64,000 nucleotides of DNA from Macrostomum lignano. Its lineage: Eukaryota. The notes under the pieces were generated by a model. It was not told the origin of the DNA. It did no database searches and was given only the letters and a program-made list of their open reading frames with translations. Positions within the stretch are counted from its first letter, which is position 1; each line of letters begins with the position of its first letter. Made by a program: the position numbers and the translations under genes. Where the stretch lies: the NCBI GenBank assembly GCA_002269645.1, contig NIVC01000061.1, forward strand, positions 558,001-622,000, given 5' to 3'. Below, one piece after another: positions 1 through 10,124 of this stretch.

Positions 1-25
1 ATGCTGACCCCACATAACCTTGCAG

Positions 26-1465
26 GCCCAGCAGGGCACGCCCAGCCTGAGCCAGGAGGAACTGGTTGAGCAGCTCCGCAGGGCCGAGCAGAGCTGCCAG
101 TCTCAACTGGCGCTGGGCCGCCTGACGAGCCTCGCCACCTCCGGCGCCGCCGCTGCTGCCAGCAACTGCTCCGGGCAATTCGACGGCTTCCTATGCTGGC
201 CACCGGCGCCCGCGAGCTCCGACGCGTCCCTGCCCTGTCCCGGCCAGGTGTTCGGCAATGAAGGCCGAGTGCGCTTCGCCAAACGACGCTGCCAGGCCGA
301 TGGTCGATGGCGGAGCAGCGGCAGCGATGGTGGCGAGTTTCACCCGCTCACTGCCTACTCCGACTGCTCAGAGCGCAATGCCAGTCTGGCAAGAAGCCTG
401 TACGAGTTGGTAAGCGGCTAAAAGTTCTTGAGAATTTACTACAGACTATTGGCATTTTTTTCTGGATTTTTTGTCATAGGTGTCCTCACTAGGTGTTTCA
501 CAGGTGTCTCAGGCGTGTCATAGGTGTATCATAGGGTGTGAATAGGGGAGTCATAGGTGTATCATAGGTGTATCATAGGCGTGTCACAGGTGTGTCACAG
601 GTGTGTCTAAACACAGGTGTCTCTAAACAGGTGTCATAGATGTATCATAGGTATGTCATAGATGTATCATAGGTGTGTCATAGATGTATCATAGGTGTGT
701 CATAGATGTGTCACAGTTGTATCATACGTGTGTCATAGATGTGTCATATGCTGCGTCGAAAAAGGTGTGCGATGGCATTCCAATTGGCTGTTCGAGCGAG
801 TCTGACAAAGCCTACTTGTCGGCATGGTCTCAAACACCGCCTGGAACACCGCCTGGAACAGCGCCTGGAACAGCGCCGCTCTCTGCGGTTAGGCGGGCCC
901 CAGACTGCACAAAATCGCAGCCATAAATGTAATTATTATACTCATTTCGGTTCCTCGCCATCAAAAACAGGTGCGCCTGACACAGGTGAGCAACGAGACC
1001 CAGCAGCTTCGACTCAGGCTGGAGAGGCACCTCTGCGCCCAAGTAAAAAAAGCGCACGGTGCGTCGCAGAGTCAGTCGGATGCCGCCGGCTGCCGTCCAG
1101 CCTTTGACGGTGTTCTGTGCTGGCCGACGGTGCCGGCTGGCACTTTCGGGCGCCAGCTCTGCCCGGACTACTTGAATGAAGTGCAGCGGGACAGGTACGC
1201 AACCAGGATGTGCCACGCTAACGGCACCTGGCACCTGGGCGGCTGGACCAACTTCTCCGACTGCCTGGCCGTGGAATCCTCTTCATCAAGTTTTGATGCT
1301 GCCGCTGCCGATGAAAGAGCTGTTGCGAAGGTTTGTCTGTCTGTCTGTCTGCCTGTCTGTCTTAGTGCCTGTCTATCTGTCTGTCTTAGTATCTGTCTGT
1401 CTGTCTGTCTCAGTGTCTTAGTGTCTGTCTGTCTGTCTGTCTGTCTGGCTGCCTGTCTGTCTGCC

Positions 1466-1522
<57 letters not shown>

Positions 1523-1601
1523 TAGTGTCTGTCTGTCTTAGTGTCTGTCTGTCTGTCTCAGTGTCTTAGTGTCTTAGTGTCTGTCTGTCTGGCTGCCTGC
1601 C

Positions 1602-1668
<67 letters not shown>

Positions 1669-1737
1669 GTGTCCGTCTTAGTGTCTGCCTGTCTGTGTGT
1701 CTGTCTTAGTGTCTGCCTGTCTGTGTGTCTGTCTTAG

Positions 1738-1830
<93 letters not shown>

Positions 1831-4800
1831 GCATGTCTGTCTGTCTGTCTTATTGCCTGTCTCAGTGTCTGCTTGTCTGTCATGATGTAACTCGATGTTG
1901 ATGTGCGTCATAGCAAGTGTCTGCTAAGTTGTTTCCAACCTAACAAATTGCAGAGACACCTGGCCATCATGAGCATGATTGGGCTGGTCGGGCACAGCCT
2001 CTCTCTATCCACTCTGCTGATTGGCATCGTTATTTTGACGAGCTTTCGGTAAAATATTTTTCCGTCTCAAAGGGTGAAAAAACTCATTTCCTGTCGTGTT
2101 CGAAGCCAGGGGATTTAGTCAAGTAGCTCTAAGAGGTGAAAGCATATTTATAAACTAAATGAGTATTTTGTTCTAACTGTCAGGCATTCTGAAGGTTTAA
2201 ATGTACAAATTTTCGGTTGTCGGAGAATACCAAACTTTTATTGCATCTTCTTGAATAAGTAAAAAGGGCTGTTGTCTATGGTCCTACCTGGCATCCTATT
2301 AGCTAGCAAAATTTTCACTGTAGAATATCTCTGCCTGTACATGCTCCACTGTTGGAAAATGTACTCTTTCCATTCCTTTTCTGGCTCCCAACTGCACATG
2401 CTTATCGTGCCATCACCTCCTTTCCTTTCTACAGGCGCCTTCACTGCCGTCGCAACTTCATCCACATCAATTTGTACTTGGCATTCACGCTGCGAGCAGT
2501 CAGCCATTTTGTTAACAGGGCCTTGTCTGAGAACGATCAGGTAAGCCGAGCGTCTTTAAAGCGTAAAGCAGTTTCTAAAGATTTTTGGAAAAATGAAGTT
2601 GATACTACTAGCGCTGAGTGTTTGTCAGTAGCAAGTAAAGAGCTATATAGGTATCATTTTTCGCCATAAAAATTTCAGACAACTCTGTGTCGGCTTAACC
2701 AAACGTTAATGACCTTCACAGTGATTGGGAGTTTCACCTGGGTCTTTGTCGAGGCCCTGCACCTGTACATACTGATCTTTGTCAGCGGCATGGGCAACGA
2801 ACGACTGTCAACGCCCGGCTACCTTGCCATTGGCTGGGGTTAGTGTCTGACTCGGGCAGTTTGCGATTATTTAAAGTACACGCAGGACTTAGAACTTAGG
2901 CGCCATAATATGGATACAAAATGAGCCATAATTTTAATCACAAACTTAACAAAACAGATCACAAATGAGTCACAAGATAGATCTCAAATGTGTTACAAGA
3001 TAGATCTCTAATGAGTCTCAGGATAGGACTCAAATAAGTCACAAGATAGATCTCAAATGAGTCACTTGAGTCACAAGATGGATCTCAAATAAGTCACAAG
3101 ATAGATCTTAAATGAGTCACAAAATGAATCTCAAATGAGTCACAAGATAGATCTCAAATAAGCCTCAGGACAGATCTCAAATGAGTCACAAGATAGATCT
3201 TAAATAAGTCATCAGACATAACTCAAATAAGTCATCAGACATAACTCAAATAAGTCATCAGACATAACTCAAATAAGTCATCAGACATAACTCAAATAAG
3301 TCATCAGACATAACTCAAATAAGTCATCAGACATAACTCAAATAAGTCATCAGATATAACTCAAATAAGTCATCAGACATAACTCAAATAAGTCATCAGA
3401 CATAACTCAAATAAGTCATCAGACATAACTCAAATAAGTCATCAGACATAACTCAAATAAGTCATCAGACATAACTCAAATAAGTCATCAGACATAACTC
3501 AAATAAGTCATCAGACATAACTCAAATAAGTCATCAGATATAACTCAAATAAGTCACAGGATAGATCTCAAATGAGTCACAAGGTACATCTCAAAAATGA
3601 GTCATCAGATATAACTCAAATAAGTCACAAGATAGGACTCAAATAAGTCACAAGGTACATCTCAAAAATGAGTCACAAGATAGATCTCAAATGAGTCACA
3701 AGATAGGACTCAAATGAGTCACAGGATAGATCTCAAATGAGTCATCAGATAGAACTCAAATAAGTCACAATTTTATCTATTTATTTACATTTTAGGCCTG
3801 AGCAGTCTAGTCACGATGGTCTGGGTGCTGCTCAGACTGCTGTTTGACAACACGAACTGCTGGCGCGAGTTCAAGCCGCTTGGCCCCGACATCTGGCTGC
3901 TCAACGTCTACTTGGCGCTGCTAGTGCTGGTGAGCACTGCTGGCCCAATGGCCGGCACACTCTCGAGTCTTTTCGGGGACTTCAGTAAAATTGCATTTCG
4001 CCACTGTCACTGCATGGGTGTCACTTTTTTCAGAATGATTTATTAATGAGTTCAGACTTAGCATTGCACGACCACTTTGAAATCATATTTTTGTCTGTCT
4101 ACATGTATGGGAGACGTTCACAGGGACATAATAAGTAGTTGAACCATCTAGCTACTCGCAGTACAGAAAGATTAATCATCACAAGCAGCAGAAAACTTCA
4201 ACCAGTCGACCACAAACTCTGCATCCGTGCACACAAACAAAAAAATTTCTCCGCAGCTGAACGCCATTCTGTTCGCGAAAATTGTGCGCGAGCTCTTCAT
4301 CAAGCTGAGACGGCAGGCGCCAGCCGATGCACCGACAGTTCAGCCCTATTTGTGAGTCCTGATGATGTTCAATAAGCGTCAATAATAATATTATATAATA
4401 AATTGCCGGCACCCTGGCACAACGCTTTTGGCGACAACTTCGTCCTGAGATCCCCGAGATGCTGAGGCAATTCTCCCAACTCCCTTGACACCTGAGCACA
4501 TGCAAGCGCGCCAATACTGTACACAGACAGGCACTCATGCACTCGCTCACACAGGGTGTAGTGCAGCCCTGACTTTCTAATTATCAGACATGTACACTCT
4601 GTGCCCTGGGGGTTGGCCCTCGTGGACATGAATTGCACGACAAGACCTCAGCCAATTTTCGCCCAGAAGCCCCGAATGCATTTGGCTTTCTACGTGTTGT
4701 TAACTACATACGAGTTTGTTCACTAAAGAGTAGCAAGAAGAGAATATGAGGCGTATCTCTCAAGGTATAAAGTTTCGAATTTCGATACTTCAAAGAGGCA

Positions 4801-6524
4801 CCAAAATCTGTCCGACATTCCCAGGAAGCTGTGGAAGTCTACCTGCCTCCTCATCCTGGTGTTCGGCATTTACTATCTCATCTTTCTACCCGTCACCATG
4901 GTGCCCAAGGACAAGCTGGGCAAAACGCTAACTATTGTGCACCTCTATTATGAGCACTTCTTTAACTCATTCCAGGTAAGTCAAAGGTTGATATTGATTG
5001 GGAACAATTCGATATAAAGACCTATGGAGCACTCGTACGCAGCAATTTGTACGTTTCTTGGTGTAGGCCTCTGTCTCTTGTCTTGGTACATGTAGACATG
5101 TATGAGCTCCTGCAATGCATCGAGCTTGTTTAGCCTCAATTACGCTTTTTTCTTGGAGGAACACTATCTTCATCTCCGACAATCCACAGGGCTTTTTCGC
5201 CGCCCTGCTGTTCTGTTTTATCAACTCCGAGGTCCGGAACGAGTTGCGACGCCAGGCCAGGAAGCTGCACTTGGCAGCCTGGCTGGATGCTGGAAACCGG
5301 CCGCGAATGGCCTTCAGAGGCAGCAGGGACAACACGGCTAGCAATGGCATCAACAACAACAACAGCGCCAGTCCACCTCAGCTAGCAGACTACAGGTCTC
5401 AGCAAAGGTCGGCACGTAGGAGCAGGAGGGATCTCAATGAGCGACTGACGGCAGGGAGAACCCGCGGAGGGAGCCAACGCCTGCGGGACGATCGGGAGAC
5501 AATGGAAGTGAGATGCTATTTTTGCTTTCACAGAACCCCCCCCCCCCAGCTTCTTACAGAAGAAACCCACAGAAAACCCAGAAGTTAGTCGTGCCTCTCG
5601 CTTCCCAAAGTCCTTTGTGTGTCCCTTCCTTCCCAGAACCCCCTAGTGTGTCTCTTCTTTCCCAGAACCCACTAGTGTGTCTCTTCTTTCCCAGAACCCA
5701 CTAGTGTGTCTCTTCTTTCCCAGAACCCCCTAGTGTGTCTCTTCTTTCCCAGAACCCACTAGTGTGTCTCTTCTTTCCCAGAACCCCCTAGTGTGTCTCT
5801 TCCTTCCCAGAACCCCCTAGTGTGTCTCTTCTTTCCCAGAACCCACTAGTGTGTCTCTTCCTTCCCAGAACCCCCTAGTGTGTCTCTTCCTTCCCAGAAC
5901 CCACTAGTGTGTCTCTTCTTTCCCAGAACCCACTAGTGTGTCTCTTCTTTCCCAGAACCCACTAGTGTGTCTCTTCTTTCCCAGAACCCACTAGTGTGTC
6001 TCTTCCTTCCCAGAAGTCCCTAGTGTGTCTCTTCCTTCCCAGAAGTCCCTAGTGTGTCTCTTCCTTCCCAGAAGTCCCTAGTGTGTCTCTTCCTTCCCAG
6101 AAGTCCCTAGTGTGTCTCTTCCTTCCCAGAAGTCCCTAGTGTCTCTGCCTTCCCAGAAGTCCCCAGTGTGTCCGTTCCTTCCAGAAGTCCCTAGTGTCTC
6201 TGCCTTCCCAGAAGTCCCACAGTGTGTCCGTTCCTTTCCAGAAGTCCCTATATAGTGTTTCTTCCTTCCCAGAACCCACTAGTGTGTCTCTTCTTTTCCA
6301 GAACCCCCTAGTGTGTCTCTTCTTCCTAGTGTGTCCCAGAAGTCCCTAGCGTGTCGTTTTCTTAATTCTTAGACCCACCTAATGTACTCATTCCCCCACT
6401 GTAAGTCTCAGCGAGTCGACATGAATAAGCTAGTAGAAAAATCTGAAACAAATTTCAGGCCTGCGAGAGCATACCGCTGCAGAGCATGGGTCGGCCTGCA
6501 TATTTTGAGGAAGTCAGCGAATAA
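26..6524 (+). CDS. Class B1 (secretin-like) GPCR with two tandem extracellular hormone-binding domains; 5' end outside window
   Basis: Hand-spliced exons 26-409, 971-1330, 1954-2048, 2435-2540, 2679-2838, 3796-3929, 4257-4351, 4825-4975, 5190-5507, 6459-6524; all GT-AG with consistent phases. Class B motifs: FDGxLCWP (twice), [67 protein letters not shown] overlaps the stop at 6520-6525. The last exon is the least certain. Confidence 0.93.
478..725. repeat. ~10-bp minisatellite (cataggtgt/catagatgt) in GPCR intron
   Basis: Direct tandem copies; explains ORF 684..926. Confidence 0.85.
1331..1880. repeat. (TGTC)n microsatellite starting at the GPCR donor site
   Basis: Direct; gives the spurious VCLS/TDRQ ORFs. 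Confidence 0.95.
2945..3770. repeat. ~23-bp minisatellite (aataagtcatcagacataactca and variants) in GPCR intron
   Basis: Unit period 23 measured at 3203/3226. Confidence 0.9.
5600..6330. repeat. 29-bp minisatellite (ctagtgtgtctcttctttcccagaaccca) in last GPCR intron
   Basis: Period 29 measured at 5643/5672. Confidence 0.9.
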
Positions 6525-7224
6525 AAACTTAGCTGTCTAATTGCCTATCGTTTACTGCCGCGGTCACAGAGTACTCCAAGAAACGTTGACACCATCATGT
6601 TGTTCCACTACTTTACTGTTAGTGACCTATATTTGTAGGGACATCTCAGCAAAACATGTTAACCGATTTACAAAATTTTATGCGCACAAACAGCTGGCAA
6701 CAGTGGGCAGGTTAGCTATTGATGAGGTCGGGCACTTACAAAATGAAGTTGTGTGTGTGTGTGCAAATTTACCAATGATCAGAATTTTTCGCTGTGTAAA
6801 TTTCCCAACGAATTGAAGTCGTATTTCCGCATCTTGCAAAACCCTCATAATGCATGAACAAACAATTTGCACTTGTACGCATGGCAGATGCAGGTGTTCC
6901 AAACAATGCCACGCATTCCACTGATACAATGTCAACCTTGACATTAATCCCAGTTGGAGAATTTAACTTCAGCTTTAGCAAAAATAGTCCACAGAACTTT
7001 TTTTCTGCAATAAACTCGCCTCTGAAATTCTCAAAGTTTTAACATATGCAATCTCATGGACTTAGCCCGTAAGCTGAGAACTTGTTCTGCCTTCCTTATT
7101 GAAACTGCATTCAACCTCCGGAAAGATCCTCAAGGGTGAAACAGGAAATTGAAATCCCGGAATTGCTCCAAATCGGCTGAAACCGTTGCGGACCAGGTGC
7201 AGGAAGTGGACAGCTCAAGGCGGT

Positions 7225-7231
7225 TATAAAA
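7225..7231 (+). promoter_or_regulatory. TATA box of the secreted mucin-like gene
   Basis: TATAAAA 85 nt upstream of ATG 7310. Confidence 0.6.
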
Positions 7232-7309
7232 GCTCCGATTTATGAGAAAAAGCTGCTCGAGTTCTGACTGGTTTCTTCAGTAAAATAAGACTACACTTGA
7301 AGGTAAAAT

Positions 7310-8296
7310 ATGATTTTTTGTCTGTCCACCTTGCTGCTTCTAGCAGCGACGGCTGCTCCACTGGCGACCGCCGCAACGGACGTTCGAACCTGCATCGCCA
7401 GCAGCACTTGCAACGCGTGCATGAGCTGCCTGCGACTCTACAGCTTGGAGCGGGTGAACGCCTTCTGCAACCAGATGTCCACCAGCGCCACTTGCACGAG
7501 CGAAACTGGCAGAGCGGCCTACCGGGCCAACCTGGAGAAAAGTCTCAAGTCCAACTGCGAGGCAAAGGGCTCCTGTGGCGTAGCAGCAGCAACAACCACT
7601 GAGGCACAGACAACAACCACTAAGGCGCCGCCAACAACCACCGAAGCGCTAACAACAACCACTGAAGCGCCGACAACAACCACTGAGGCGCCGACAACCA
7701 CTGAGGCGCCGACAACAACCACTGAGGCGCCGACAACAACCACCGAAGCGCCGACAACAACCTCCGAAGCGCCGACAACCACCGAAGCGCCGACAACAAC
7801 CACCGAAGCGCCGACAACAACCTCCGAAGCGCCGACAACAACCACCGAAGCGCCGACAACAACCACCGAAGCGCCGACAACAACCTCCGAAGCGCCGACA
7901 ACAACCACCGAAGCGCCGACAACAACCTCCGAAGCGCCGACAACAACCACTGAAGCGCCGACAACAACCACCGAAGCGACCACAACAACCACCGAAGTGA
8001 CAACAGGCGCTACAACCACTGAGGCGCCGGAGCCGCCAAAATGCAACTGGGACTGCCCGCGTGGTCGCCGTGGCCGCAGATGCCGACGCCGCCGACGCCG
8101 CTGCCGACGCCGTCATTGGCAGCAGCGGCCGGTAGAACCGCCGGTGGAGCCGCCGGTGGACGACATCATCCAGAAGTTGCTGGCCAAGCTGGACAGGTGG
8201 CTGCAGAGGCAAGGCCTCAACCTGGACGATCTGAAGCTGCTTCTCGAGATGGAATACAGCTTGCATTTCGGCAACGGCATCGGCCAAGACTGGTGA
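7310..8296 (+). CDS. Intronless secreted protein: signal peptide, 8-Cys domain, (TTTEAP)n mucin stalk, Arg/Cys-rich segment, helical C-terminus
   Basis: 328-aa ORF with ATG, hydrophobic leader (MIFCLSTLLLLAATAAPLATA), upstream TATA and downstream AATAAA. Confidence 0.88.
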   Translation: MIFCLSTLLLLAATAAPLATAATDVRTCIASSTCNACMSCLRLYSLERVNAFCNQMSTSATCTSETGRAAYRANLEKSLKSNCEAKGSCGVAAATTTEAQTTTTKAPPTTTEALTTTTEAPTTTTEAPTTTEAPTTTTEAPTTTTEAPTTTSEAPTTTEAPTTTTEAPTTTSEAPTTTTEAPTTTTEAPTTTSEAPTTTTEAPTTTSEAPTTTTEAPTTTTEATTTTTEVTTGATTTEAPEPPKCNWDCPRGRRGRRCRRRRRRCRRRHWQQRPVEPPVEPPVDDIIQKLLAKLDRWLQRQGLNLDDLKLLLEMEYSLHFGNGIGQDW

Positions 8297-8328
8297 TGAC
8301 GACAGATGACCAGCAGACTCCCAACTCG

Positions 8329-8334
8329 AATAAA
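8329..8334 (+). promoter_or_regulatory. Polyadenylation signal
   Basis: AATAAA 33 nt after the stop of 7310-8296. Confidence 0.6.
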
Positions 8335-8726
8335 ACCAACCAAACTGTTTTGGACAGTTTAGTGAGACTGGTGAATGGCGCGGTTTGGTGATAGAAAATT
8401 AAAACGGCTTCAAATTATTAACAGAACAGGCACAACTGCCCTGACTTATCAGTTTTGTTCTTTCTTTGAAAATCTAAACTCAGAAAGCAAAAAGGCGTTA
8501 GTAAACCAAGTCGAAGAGAAACGATTTGAATGCCTCAGAAAGCACATGCTTCAGAGGCTAATTAAACACAAACTACTATCAATAGTCAGAAGCAATCAAT
8601 TAGTTTACTACGAGCGTAGAAGGCGAAATAAGTTAGCTCGCACAAAATGCACTCTGAAGTACATGCTCTTTAACGAATTACGCGAATAATTTTGTAGTCT
8701 GGAAGGCGCCAGAGGGGGAAAGTTCA

Positions 8727-9520
8727 TCAGGTTTTATCTCTGCTGACAGCTGAGGCGATCAGCTCCTGGCGGATCTCCGCCCGCAACTGCTCGTACAGCC
8801 GCTGCCGTTCGGGACTCTCGGCCGCCTCCTCCAGCTGAAGCTGCCGTTCGATTTGCTTGCGCTTGAATATTTTGTCTGCGAAGGCCACGTTTGGCTGTTC
8901 TTTTAGGGCAAAGCTTTGCTTTAGGTTACTTATGAGGGTTCGCGGTAGTGTACATTGGGGGCAGAGTTTAGTGTGGGGTGAGGGGTTCGCAAGTGTGTAC
9001 ATTGGGGGCAGAGTTTACTGTGGGGTGAGGGGTTCGCAAGTGTGTACATTGGGGGTAGAGTTTAGTGTGGGGTGAGGGGTTCGCAAGTGTGTACATTGGG
9101 GGCAGAGTTTACTGTGGGGTGAGGGGTTCGCAAGTGTGTACATTGGGGGCAGAGTTTACTGTGGGGTGAGGGGGTTCACGAGTTGTGTACATTGGGGGCA
9201 GAGTTTACTGTGGGGTGAGGGGGTTCACGAGTTGTGTACATTGGGGGTAGAGTTTAGTGTGGGGTGATGAGATTCGCAAGTGTGTACACTAGGCTAAGTA
9301 CGTGTACAGTTTCGTGTAAGCAGAGTGAACTAAGCCAGTTGAACTCACAGAAAGTGATATCCCTCGGGCTCCAGACATTCATAAAAAACTCAAGTCCGGC
9401 ACCGCAGAACAGGCCGCCAAGCAGGGCTGTGCCAAATTGATAACGCAGCATCAGGCGCACCACCTGCGTAGCCAGGAGCCGGCGAGAGACTCTATCAATA
9501 AAACCCGACCAGGGGGCCAT
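8727..9520 (-). CDS. SMIM4: SMIM4/UQCC5-like mitochondrial complex III assembly microprotein (106 aa)
   Basis: Exons 9520-9349 and 8875-8727 (donor T|gtgagt, acceptor cgcag|AC, phase 1). LGGLFCGAGLEFFMNVWSPRDITFYKIFKRKQIERQ resembles, from recall, human SMIM4 FFVLGGTMEWIMIKVRVGQETFYDVYRRKASERQ. Confidence 0.75.
8945..9290. repeat. 47-bp minisatellite (~7 copies) in SMIM4 intron
   Basis: tacatt recurs at 8951/8998/9045. Confidence 0.9.
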
Positions 9521-10124
9521 GGCCGTCGGGTCGGCTCAGTCAACAGGCAGCGGACAGGTGAATTAATTAACTATCAAACTTTGCTTGCTACTGACCTGCG
9601 CAAAACAAGCGCACTGAAGGAAAGAAACTGACTATCATTAAAAACGGTCCTCAAAGGACACAGTTGGAAAATTATGTTTATAAGTGCAAATAAAACTTAC
9701 AAAATATATACTAAAGCAAGTGCTCTGAAATTCTATAAAAGTTAAACGTGTATTTTATTATATGACAGTAAACTCTACACGGAACCAAAATAGGAGCTAC
9801 AAAGAAAAAAAGTTAATCTAAAATCAGGACTGTAATTTTCCAATATGTAAAAGAGCGCATAACCAACAGTGCACACATCAGCTGATGAGAGAATTAACAC
9901 GGTGGAAGCAGTCACTGATCATTTTGATTCGGCATGATGCAACAAAAGCGTGGGCGATGAAATCGGTGGGCAAAAGCAGCACAGAATTCAGATATTGCAC
10001 CTTTGGCAGGGACAGACAGACAGGTGCAGAAACGATAAATAAATAAAATCTCAAACATGGACAAGCAAGACGCATGGCATGTAAATCTAACATTATCTCG
10101 TGTAAATTCGTCTGCTTTCTGCAT

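Noticed and set aside
5508-5588. GPCR ending at the ORF-track stop 5588
   Set aside because: A GAA|gtgaga donor at 5507 and an in-phase terminal exon at 6459-6524 with AATAAA fit better; read-through remains a possible minor isoform.
7519-8046. Antisense hydrophobic ORFs (VVVGAS, LLSALRW repeats)
   Set aside because: Shadows of the TTTEAP coding repeat on the opposite strand.
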